This document shows positions 1 to 7,701 of a stretch of 19,342 nucleotides of DNA, one piece after another. Source of the DNA: an uncultured bacterium (GTDB lineage Bacteria > Patescibacteriota > Saccharimonadia > Saccharimonadales > Saccharimonadaceae); contig CAIMUU010000049.1 in NCBI GenBank assembly GCA_903844835.1, positions 1 to 19,342 on the forward strand, read 5' to 3'. The translations under genes were made by a program, and so were the position numbers. Numbering within the stretch: the first letter of the stretch is position 1; each line of letters begins with the position of its first letter. The notes under the pieces are model-generated. The model saw nothing but the letters and a program-made list of their open reading frames with translations, was not told the origin of the DNA and did no database searches.

Positions 1-147
1 AATTAGCGATTCAGTTTCTTCTAGGCCGCCGCCAGGTGTGCACCAGTAATCCCGTTCCCGTTCATCAATTCCTGGCTTTAATTGCTGAGCTAATATTTTG
101 CCATTCCTAAAGATAATTCCACGTACATTTACTCTTCGGTCTATCAT
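1..147 (-). CDS. NUDIX hydrolase, N-terminal part only (the gene continues past the left edge of the window)
   Basis: My own translation of the minus strand from the ATG at 147 gives MIDRRVNVRGIIFRNGKILAQQLKPGIDERERDYWCTPGGGLEETESLI, open to position 1. The W-x-x-PGGG-x-E stretch is the start of the Nudix box. This ORF is absent from the supplied track because it runs off the window. Confidence 0.65.
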   Translation of the reverse strand, partial: MIDRRVNVRGIIFRNGKILAQQLKPGIDERERDYWCTPGGGLEETESLI

Positions 148-168
148 GAGAGATATTATACACTTTTA

Positions 169-177
169 TGGTACAAT
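169..177 (+). promoter_or_regulatory. Candidate extended -10 promoter element for pnp (TGgTACAAT)
   Basis: tggtacaat at 169-177 matches TGn plus a TATAAT-like hexamer, about 120 nt upstream of the pnp ATG. No convincing -35 element. It lies in the divergent intergenic region between the NUDIX gene and pnp. Confidence 0.3.
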
Positions 178-195
178 AGGTGTATCGCGCGGAGT

Positions 196-278
196 GGCGA
201 ACAAGTGGTGGATAGAGTAATTTGTATAACAAATTTCTGTACCCGTTACTTATTCGCCGAAATTATTAAAAAGGCGAA
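196..278 (+). promoter_or_regulatory. Structured 5' leader of pnp (long-range stem, inner hairpin, alternative pairing)
   Basis: ggcgaacaagt (196-206) pairs with acttattcgcc (248-258) at 10 of 11 positions. It encloses a perfect hairpin, aatttgt-ata-acaaatt (219-235). A second ggcgaa copy (273-278) can pair with the same ttcgcc (253-258) just upstream of the SD aaggagga (286-293). Confidence 0.3.
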
Positions 279-299
279 CTAAAATAAGGAGGACATACT

Positions 300-2411
300 A
301 TGTCTACTATCAACCCAAATGGTAAGGAAATTTTTTCCGTTACCGCCGATTTTTGTGGAAAACCACTTAAACTCGAAGTTAACCGTGTCGGCTTCAGGAC
401 GACCGCAAGCGTACTAGTTACTTATGGCGACACCGTCGTACTTGGCACAGCCATGGTCGGCAGCCGACCAGTCGTACTGGATTATTTTCCGCTCAGTATT
501 GATTATGAGGAAAAGTTTTATGCAGCTGGCAAAATATCTGGTAGCCGATTTATTAAACGTGAAGGCCGCCCAAGTGACGAGGCTATCTTAATTGGTCGCT
601 TGATTGATCGCCCAATTCGTCCATTATTCCCAAAAGGCTATCGTCAAGAAGTCCAAGTCGTTTCGAGCGTGCTATCGCTTGACCCAGCCTTCAGGCCTGA
701 CACTATCGCTATGATTGCATCAAGTGCCGCATTAATGCTGACTGGTACGCCATTTGATGGCCCAGTTTCTGGTGTTCGTGTCGGTCGTGTTGATGGTAAG
801 TTCAAGGCTTTTCTAACACCTGAAGAACGTGAAGCCAGCGATCTCGATTTAGTTGTAGCAGGAATTTCTAGTGGTATTACTATGGTTGAGGCTGGCGCCA
901 ATGAAGTCAGCGAAGAAACGATTGTTGAAGCTTTGGCATGGGCACTAAAGGCCTACCAGCCAGCTATTGAGCTCCAAAAGGAACTTGCCAAAAAAGTTGC
1001 TCCTGTCGCTCAAGAATATACATTAATCTTACCAGACAAAGACATCCAAACCGCAGTCGATAAATGGGTTGAAGGCAAGATGGGCAAAGCACTTCGCAAA
1101 CCTTATCCAGAGCGAAACGAACTTGTTTCAACGGTTCGTTGGGACTTCCATAAACAAATGGCCGAAAAAATTGGCGATGCTGAGTACAAGCCACTTCGCG
1201 ACCAATACGACGAGGCTTTTACGATGGCGCTTCACAAAGACGTTCGCGAAGGTATTGTCACGCATAGCGAGCGTCCAGACGGTCGCAAATTAGACGAAAT
1301 TAGACCATTGTCTTCAGAAGTTGGCGTTTTGCCACGAACTCATGGCTCAAGCATCTTTACGCGTGGTTTGACTCAGGGTCTAAATATTGTTACATTAGCG
1401 CCACTGAGCTTTTCTCAAATGGTTGATTCAATGGAGTCAAATGAAGTCGAACGACGCTTTATGCATCACTATAACGCACCTGGCTACACTGTTGGGGAAG
1501 TCCAGCGTTTAAGTGGTCCAGGCCGACGCGAAATCGGGCACGGCTATTTGGCAGAACGTGCCTTGTCGCCAGTCCTACCAAGTATTGAAGATTTCCCATA
1601 TGCAATTCGTAGCGTAACAGAGATTATGAGCCAAAACGGCTCGACGTCGATGGCCGCGACTTGTAGTAGCTGTTTAGCACTTATGGATGCCGGAGTGCCA
1701 ATAAAGGCGCCTGTATCTGGTATTGCCATGGGCTTAATGATGGACGGTAAAAAACCATACGTTCTAAGTGATATTGCTGATGCCGAAGATTTTGCTGGCG
1801 ATATGGACTTTAAAGTAACTGGTACCGAAAATGGTATCACGGCTTTGCAGATGGATATGAAAGTCCATGGTTTGCCAGTCGAGGTTCTAAAAGAGGCGAT
1901 TGATAAGTCAAAAGCTGGTCGTGCCTTTATCTTGAAGCATATGCTGACAACACTTGCCGAGCCTCGCAAAAAGCTTAGCCAGTATGCACCTCGAATCGAA
2001 AAAATTAAGATCAATCCAGACAAAATTGGCGCAGTTATTGGCAAGGGCGGTGAAACTATCAAGAAAATCACAGCTGAGACCGGCGCCCAGATTGATATTG
2101 CCGAAGATGGCTTAATCACCGTTGCGGCAGTTGATACTAAGGTTATCGAGATGGCCATGAACTGGATCAAGGGGCTAACCGAAGAGCCAGAAGTCGGAAC
2201 GATCTACGAGGGGAAAGTTGTCAGTATCAAGGATTTTGGCGCATTTGTTAACATTATGCCAGGTATTGACGGCATGGTTCATATTAGCGAGTTGTCAAAA
2301 GAACGCGTCGAAAGAGTAACTGATGTTCTTCACGAAGGCCAAATTGTTAAGGTCAAACTAATTGCAATTGATGATCGTGGACGACTCAGCCTCAGCATTA
2401 AAAGTGCTTAG
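300..2411 (+). CDS. pnp: Polyribonucleotide nucleotidyltransferase (PNPase)
   Basis: 703 aa with a strong SD (aaggagga) 7 nt upstream. Two RNase PH-like halves are present (GRLIDRPIRPLFPKGY; HGSSIFTRG; FMHHYNAPGYTVGE; REIGHGYLAERAL). A KH motif (IGAVIGKGGETIKKI) and an S1 domain (GTIYEGKVVSIKDFGAFVNIMPGIDGMVHISEL) follow. Confidence 0.96.
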   Translation: MSTINPNGKEIFSVTADFCGKPLKLEVNRVGFRTTASVLVTYGDTVVLGTAMVGSRPVVLDYFPLSIDYEEKFYAAGKISGSRFIKREGRPSDEAILIGRLIDRPIRPLFPKGYRQEVQVVSSVLSLDPAFRPDTIAMIASSAALMLTGTPFDGPVSGVRVGRVDGKFKAFLTPEEREASDLDLVVAGISSGITMVEAGANEVSEETIVEALAWALKAYQPAIELQKELAKKVAPVAQEYTLILPDKDIQTAVDKWVEGKMGKALRKPYPERNELVSTVRWDFHKQMAEKIGDAEYKPLRDQYDEAFTMALHKDVREGIVTHSERPDGRKLDEIRPLSSEVGVLPRTHGSSIFTRGLTQGLNIVTLAPLSFSQMVDSMESNEVERRFMHHYNAPGYTVGEVQRLSGPGRREIGHGYLAERALSPVLPSIEDFPYAIRSVTEIMSQNGSTSMAATCSSCLALMDAGVPIKAPVSGIAMGLMMDGKKPYVLSDIADAEDFAGDMDFKVTGTENGITALQMDMKVHGLPVEVLKEAIDKSKAGRAFILKHMLTTLAEPRKKLSQYAPRIEKIKINPDKIGAVIGKGGETIKKITAETGAQIDIAEDGLITVAAVDTKVIEMAMNWIKGLTEEPEVGTIYEGKVVSIKDFGAFVNIMPGIDGMVHISELSKERVERVTDVLHEGQIVKVKLIAIDDRGRLSLSIKSA

Positions 2412-2414
2412 AGC

Positions 2415-2443
2415 TTGCGCTATAAAAAGTATTGTGCTAAGAT
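2415..2443 (+). promoter_or_regulatory. Candidate sigma70-type promoter for the UDG gene (TTGCGC, 17-nt spacer, TGc TAAGAT)
   Basis: ttgcgc at 2415-2420, a 17-nt spacer whose last three bases are TGc, and taagat at 2438-2443. Confidence 0.3.
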
Positions 2444-2478
2444 GAATTAACTAAACGTAGTCTTGTAGTTGGGTAAAA

Positions 2479-3066
2479 GTGAATAAGAAACAAATACTTC
2501 TTGAGCAAATTGCGGTAGATATTATTAAAAACAATATCTGCCCAGATTTGGCTCAAGAAGCCAAGAACCTAGTGATGGGCGATGGTAATATTGACGCCGA
2601 AATCATTCTAATTGGTGAAGCGCCAGGCAAAAAAGAGGATGAGACGGGGTTGCCATTTGTAGGGGCTGCTGGCAAATTTTTGAATGAAATGCTAGCTGGT
2701 GCCGATATTAATCGAAGTGACGTGTTCATTACAAATATTGTTAAATACCGGCCACCCAATAATCGTGATCCATTACCGGAAGAAAAAGCAGCCTTTTGGC
2801 CATACTTGGTACGTCAGCTGGACGTCATACAACCACAAATTGTTGTGACATTAGGCCGACATAGCATGGAATATTTTCTTCCGAACCAAAAGATAAGTTT
2901 AATTCACGGCCAGCCAAAAAGGATAAAATTTGGTGACAGTAAATTAGTAGTTGTACCGCTATACCATCCAGCCGCTGCACTTTATAACGGCGGTATGCGA
3001 GCCACACTAATAGATGACTTTAAAAAGTTACCAAAAATAATCGAAATTATAAAAAATAATAAATAA
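2479..3066 (+). CDS. Uracil-DNA glycosylase superfamily protein, family-4-like (SPO1 DNA polymerase-related type)
   Basis: 195 aa with a GTG start. Motif A is IGEAPGKKEDETGLPFVGAAGKFLNEML. NIVKYRPPNNRDP and motif B PLYHPAAALYN are also present. The protein contains only one cysteine (see finding). Confidence 0.85.
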   Translation: MNKKQILLEQIAVDIIKNNICPDLAQEAKNLVMGDGNIDAEIILIGEAPGKKEDETGLPFVGAAGKFLNEMLAGADINRSDVFITNIVKYRPPNNRDPLPEEKAAFWPYLVRQLDVIQPQIVVTLGRHSMEYFLPNQKISLIHGQPKRIKFGDSKLVVVPLYHPAAALYNGGMRATLIDDFKKLPKIIEIIKNNK

Positions 3067-3112
3067 TAACCATTGAAATTTCATAGAAATTTTGTGGACA
3101 AGGAGAAAAAAT

Positions 3113-5263
3113 ATGGGTCAACAAAGACTCAAGAACGTCCAAGGAGACGACCAATCAAGACGACCGAATGTGCCAACCCGGCAGAGGTCAGACAATACCG
3201 TATTAAATAATACGACTATCAAAAGAGGTGAGGCCTACCGGGCTCAACGTCGCACCAGCGAGAATGTAAATATGCGGGCAAGCCAGCATGTTATTAATGT
3301 ACCAGTTAACAAATCAACCTATAACGGCTATGATGGCCGACAATATAGCCCAGTTGATAGTAAAAAACAGCCACGTTTTAACGGCCCAAAATTGCGGATT
3401 ATCCCTATTGGTGGCTTGGGCGAAATGGGCATCGGCAAGAATATGATGGCATTTGAATACGACAATGAAATTATTGTGATTGATTGTGGGCTATTATTCC
3501 CGGGGCCTGACTATCCAGGGATTAATTACATTATTCCTGATATTACATATCTAGAAGAGAACAAACACAAGATTCGAGCAGTGATTTTCACGCACGCCCA
3601 TCTTGACCATATTGGCGCTTGCCGTCATATATTAGAGAAAATTCCTGCACCAGTTTATGCGACCAAGTTTACAATCAATATGATCCAAAAAAACATGGAA
3701 GAGTCGAATGGCGATTATCTGCCACAGTATAATGAGCTGAATCCAGAAAGCCACGACCAAGTTCAGATTGGTGATAATTTCAGAATTGAGTTTGTCAGAG
3801 TTGACCACTCAATACCGGATGCTGCCGCGATTGTTATTCGAACTCCAATTGGAGTTGTCGTCCATACTGGCGACTGGCGTTTCGAAGATGCGCCAATTGA
3901 CGGTAAAAAATTTGATATGGCCAGATTGACTGAGATTGCCAGCAAAGAGGGCATTTTGATGCTACTAAATGAGTCAACTAACTGTGAATCTGATGGCTCA
4001 CATACCCATAACGAACTCGATATTCAAGAGAGTATCGGTCAAGTTATGGACAAATTTACTAACAGTCGAATTATTTTAAGTTGCTTTAGTAGCCACATTC
4101 ATCGCATGCAAGAGATTTTAGAAGAGGCTAAAAAACACGATCGCAAAGTATCATTTGCAGGCTATAGTATGATTCAGAATCTTGAAGTGGCACTGCGCAG
4201 TGGCGTAATCAAAGTTCCAAAAGACGTTGTCGTCAAAATGGAAGACCTCGTTAAATTGCCTGATGGAAAGGTCACGATTGTCTGTACTGGTTCTCAGGGT
4301 GAATTTACGGCTGTCTTGAATCGTATGGCTAGCGGTAGTCATAAATTTATCAAGATTAAAAATTCCGATGTAATTGTCTTTAGCTCGAACCCAATCCCAG
4401 GCAACGAAAAATATGTCACACACACGGTGGACGGCTTGATGCGAGAGGGTAGCGATGTTATCCAAAATAACAAAACTCACCTTACCGGCATAGGGCCATT
4501 ACACCTTTCGGGTCATGCCTATTATGCCGACCACGTTCAGTTAATAACTGCATTGAATCCAAAATACTATTTGCCAATTCACGGTGAGTTTCATATGTTG
4601 GTCCATAGTGCCGAGATTGCCGAAAAGATTGTCGGCATCAAGCGCGAAAATATCTTTGTTTGCGACAATGGTGACATAGTTGAACTAACTAATGATGGTG
4701 CCAGAAAGACCGGCCGAATTACGGTTGGTGGTGTTATGTATGACGACAGCGGCGCAATCGTTTCTGAAGTTGTTCTAAAGGACCGAATTCATATGGCTAC
4801 CGAAGGAATGTTTGTGGTCGTTCTGACTGTTCAGCGGGGTAGTGGACGGCTTATGACTAGCCCAGATATTATCAGTCGTGGTTTTATATACTTACGCGAT
4901 AGTGAGGAGTTAATGGGTACGATTCGCCAGTATCTCAAGCAAAAAGTTGCTAAGAGCTTTTCTGGCAAGCACGTTGATTTGGATGCCGTCAAAAAAGAAC
5001 TCAAAGACGAAATCACGCATATTTTGTATGACCAAACTAGGCGCACACCGATTGTTATTCCAGTAATCAATGAGATTGGTGGAAATAACAATATCAGTGG
5101 AGTCAATGCTCCGAATACTCGCACTCATCAACCTCAAGACAAACCAAGACAAAGCAGTAGTCAGTTTATTGCACCTGTTAAACCAGTCACTTTTCAATTG
5201 CCACAAGTGCCAGACTCTGAAGCAACCGAGCCACGTGGGCGAATTGATTACCGCGGTTATTAG
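3113..5263 (+). CDS. rnj: Ribonuclease J (metallo-beta-lactamase / beta-CASP RNase) with long N- and C-terminal low-complexity extensions
   Basis: Diagnostic motifs are LRIIPIGGLGEMGKNM, the HxHxDH motif FTHAHLDHIG, HTGDWRF, GSQGE and HLSGHA. I prefer the ATG at 3113 (SD aaggaga at 3100-3106) over the TTG at 3092 used by the ORF track. Confidence 0.92.
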   Translation: MGQQRLKNVQGDDQSRRPNVPTRQRSDNTVLNNTTIKRGEAYRAQRRTSENVNMRASQHVINVPVNKSTYNGYDGRQYSPVDSKKQPRFNGPKLRIIPIGGLGEMGIGKNMMAFEYDNEIIVIDCGLLFPGPDYPGINYIIPDITYLEENKHKIRAVIFTHAHLDHIGACRHILEKIPAPVYATKFTINMIQKNMEESNGDYLPQYNELNPESHDQVQIGDNFRIEFVRVDHSIPDAAAIVIRTPIGVVVHTGDWRFEDAPIDGKKFDMARLTEIASKEGILMLLNESTNCESDGSHTHNELDIQESIGQVMDKFTNSRIILSCFSSHIHRMQEILEEAKKHDRKVSFAGYSMIQNLEVALRSGVIKVPKDVVVKMEDLVKLPDGKVTIVCTGSQGEFTAVLNRMASGSHKFIKIKNSDVIVFSSNPIPGNEKYVTHTVDGLMREGSDVIQNNKTHLTGIGPLHLSGHAYYADHVQLITALNPKYYLPIHGEFHMLVHSAEIAEKIVGIKRENIFVCDNGDIVELTNDGARKTGRITVGGVMYDDSGAIVSEVVLKDRIHMATEGMFVVVLTVQRGSGRLMTSPDIISRGFIYLRDSEELMGTIRQYLKQKVAKSFSGKHVDLDAVKKELKDEITHILYDQTRRTPIVIPVINEIGGNNNISGVNAPNTRTHQPQDKPRQSSSQFIAPVKPVTFQLPQVPDSEATEPRGRIDYRGY

Positions 5264-5296
5264 ATAATTGCCAGTTAGCAGTTAACCATTAGCTAC

Positions 5297-5325
5297 TTGC
5301 AAAATGTAGTAATTTTTGCTATAAT
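5297..5325 (+). promoter_or_regulatory. Near-consensus sigma70-type promoter upstream of ftsK (TTGCAA, 17-nt spacer, TGc TATAAT)
   Basis: ttgcaa at 5297-5302, a 17-nt spacer ending in TGc, and tataat at 5320-5325, about 40 nt upstream of the ftsK ATG. Confidence 0.45.
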
Positions 5326-5365
5326 ACACTTAATAAATACCTAAAGCGCTTATAATAGAATAAAT

Positions 5366-7627
5366 ATGACAAAAAGAAAAAAACACCACAAAAATAAAGG
5401 GCTGAACAAACCGGCTGTAAAGCATAGTTTGCCTATTGGTTTTTGGTCGCAGATTGGTGCTGTGTTTTTGCTGGCTGTCTCTGTATTATTTGTCGTTGCG
5501 TGGTTTAATGCTGGTGGGCCAGTTCTAGAATGGCTACATATGGCGACTATCGCCACTATTGGCTATTCGATGTATGTCGTACCGGTATTGTTTGTCTATG
5601 TTGCAATTGAAATTTTTAGAGCCGAAGACAATCGTCTGCCGTTTGCGATGAAACTTTCAACCGCTTCGGCTATACTGTGGTTTTCGTCATTATTTGGCTT
5701 ACTCAAAAATGACAGTGGCCAAACAACCGGTGGCTTTGTCGGTGACATAATCAATAAAGGCGTGTTAGCTTTGGTTAATTCTAGTGTTGCCGCCTTTATC
5801 TATATATTATTTATTGTAATTACTTTGTTGTTCATTTTGCGCGTATCACCACTATCAATTATCAAGAAAATCTGGGAACTGAGTCGTCGCGACACGGCTG
5901 AACACGATGCTAATGTCAAAGTCATGCGTAATGTTGCTGCACTTGATTCGACCAAGATGAATATTGGTAATTTCAAGCTTAACGCGGGCGTACCAACACT
6001 GGATCAAGATTCAATTGATGCCGACAAAAGGCAGTTGAAGCGCTCTGGCCCATCAGGTAGCTTTGGAAGGGATAGGGTCGCCGAAGACCAAACTGCACTT
6101 GTGACCGTTAGAGACCCAAATTGGGAAGCGCCTAGTCTCGATTTACTAGAGAAAAAACAATCTCCAGCTGATGCAGGTGATATCAAACAGAACGCTGCCA
6201 TAATTAAGAACACGCTAAATGAATTTGATATTGATGTCGAGATGGAAGGTGCAAATATCGGTCCACGCGTGACGCAGTTTACACTTCGTCCCCCAAGTGG
6301 TGTTAAGTTAACTCGCATTACCGCTCTTGAAACAAACATTGCACTTAATCTAGCGGCCCAGAGCTTGCGTATTGAAGCGCCGATTCCAGGCAAGAGTGTA
6401 GTTGGTATTGAAGTGCCTAATCGTCGTGCCGCTGATGTGCGTATTTATTCAGTGCTGTCTAGTCCTAAATGGGATGCGAATACCGAGCCGTTAGCGTTTG
6501 CGATTGGCAAGGACATTGCCGGCGACTCAATTGTCGGCGAGCTCAACAAGATGCCCCATCTATTGATCGCCGGCCAAACTGGTTCGGGTAAATCTGTTAT
6601 GATTAACACTCTTCTGATTAGCTTACTATACCGTAACAGCCCAAGTGAGATGCGACTGATTCTGGTTGACCCAAAACGAGTTGAAATGGCTCAGTACCAG
6701 GATATTCCACATCTATTGACGCCAATTATTACTGAACCAGACAAGACGATTAGTGCACTCAAATGGGCCGTCAACGAGATGGAAAGACGCTATCATTTAT
6801 TGGCTGAGAGTAAAGTCAAAGACATTAAATCTTATAATCAAAAAATGCAATCTACTGGCAATCGCATTACTGTAGCCGATGAATACGGCATTCCTCAAGA
6901 ACACGAAAATGGCGCGATGCCATATATCGTAATTGTGGTTGATGAGTTGGCCGACCTTATGATGGCAGCGGCGCGCGATGTTGAAGCTTTGATTGTTAGA
7001 TTGGCTCAAAAGGCTAGGGCAGTAGGTATTCACTTGGTGCTAGCGACGCAAAGTCCAAGAGCGGACATTATTACCGGTCTAATCAAGGCAAACATATCGG
7101 CTCGTATTGCCTTTACGGTCGCCTCACAACTTGATAGCCGAATCATCTTGGACCAGGGTGGGGCCGAGAAGTTGCTTGGTCAAGGCGATATGTTGTATGT
7201 CACCGCCAGCATGAGCAAGCCAAAACGTATTCAAGGCGCGTGGGTAACTGACGAAGAAATGACAAAAGTGACTAACCATTTGCACATGCAAGCTCCGCCA
7301 CAGTACAACGATGAAGTTGTCAGCCAACCAGTCCATCTTAATGGCAAGGGTGGCGTTGTTATGGACTTTGACACAAGTAACGAAGACGATATGTATAAAG
7401 ACGCTGTTCGCGTAGTGATTGAGGCAAACAAGGCTAGTGCTAGCTTGTTACAGCGTCGCTTGCGCGTAGGCTATGCTAGGGCAGCTCGTTTGATTGAAAA
7501 TATGGAAGATCAAGGCATTATTGGCCCAGCTGATGGCGCAAGGTCCCGTGAAGTGCTTATATCGAGTGTTGATGAACTTGGCGGCAGTAGCATTAATGGC
7601 TCGTCTGATGATGATTTTGCTGAATAG
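5366..7627 (+). CDS. ftsK: DNA translocase FtsK/SpoIIIE
   Basis: 753 aa. The N-terminus has multiple hydrophobic helices, followed by a linker and a motor domain with Walker A (GQTGSGKS) and Walker B (YIVIVVDELADL). The C-terminal gamma winged-helix reads LLQRRLRVGYARAARLIENMEDQGIIGP. Confidence 0.94.
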   Translation: MTKRKKHHKNKGLNKPAVKHSLPIGFWSQIGAVFLLAVSVLFVVAWFNAGGPVLEWLHMATIATIGYSMYVVPVLFVYVAIEIFRAEDNRLPFAMKLSTASAILWFSSLFGLLKNDSGQTTGGFVGDIINKGVLALVNSSVAAFIYILFIVITLLFILRVSPLSIIKKIWELSRRDTAEHDANVKVMRNVAALDSTKMNIGNFKLNAGVPTLDQDSIDADKRQLKRSGPSGSFGRDRVAEDQTALVTVRDPNWEAPSLDLLEKKQSPADAGDIKQNAAIIKNTLNEFDIDVEMEGANIGPRVTQFTLRPPSGVKLTRITALETNIALNLAAQSLRIEAPIPGKSVVGIEVPNRRAADVRIYSVLSSPKWDANTEPLAFAIGKDIAGDSIVGELNKMPHLLIAGQTGSGKSVMINTLLISLLYRNSPSEMRLILVDPKRVEMAQYQDIPHLLTPIITEPDKTISALKWAVNEMERRYHLLAESKVKDIKSYNQKMQSTGNRITVADEYGIPQEHENGAMPYIVIVVDELADLMMAAARDVEALIVRLAQKARAVGIHLVLATQSPRADIITGLIKANISARIAFTVASQLDSRIILDQGGAEKLLGQGDMLYVTASMSKPKRIQGAWVTDEEMTKVTNHLHMQAPPQYNDEVVSQPVHLNGKGGVVMDFDTSNEDDMYKDAVRVVIEANKASASLLQRRLRVGYARAARLIENMEDQGIIGPADGARSREVLISSVDELGGSSINGSSDDDFAE

Positions 7628-7675
7628 CTTCAATTATTAAAATAATAAACGTAGTATAAACCATATAATTGCAAA

Positions 7676-7688
7676 TCAAAACGTAAAA
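7676..7688 (+). repeat. Left copy of a short direct repeat flanking the pilin gene (tcaaaacgtaaaa)
   Basis: The exact 11-mer aaaacgtaaaa at 7678-7688 recurs at 8711-8721. The left copy ends 13 nt before the pilin ATG. The right copy starts 22 nt after the pilin stop. Confidence 0.4.
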
Positions 7689-7701
7689 CAAGGAAAGTAC
7701 G

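Noticed and set aside
1544-2170. 208-aa ORF on the minus strand inside pnp
   Set aside because: It lies entirely antisense to a strongly supported, full-length PNPase gene. The product is low-complexity (Ile/Ser/Ala-rich), typical of shadow ORFs opposite a coding frame, with no SD and no recognisable motif.
3092-3112. Upstream start codons used by the ORF track (TTG at 3092 for rnj, 12719 for the hypothetical protein, 13218 for the large protein)
   Set aside because: In each case a downstream ATG is better supported. For 3113 and 12761 there is a proper SD. The ATG at 13245 sits 1 nt after the upstream stop and opens a normal signal peptide. The extra N-terminal residues look non-native. This remains unverified without N-terminal data.
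6004-6393. 129-aa minus-strand ORF inside ftsK, plus the other short antisense ORFs (644-901, 964-1194, 4151-4480, 4831-5206, 5350-5556, 6797-7633, 9512-9706, 9972-10248, 13698-14401, 15158-15490, 15920-16114, 18218-18463, 19099-19311)
   Set aside because: All are nested antisense or out of frame within confidently assigned genes. They are short and lack both SD sequences and recognisable motifs.
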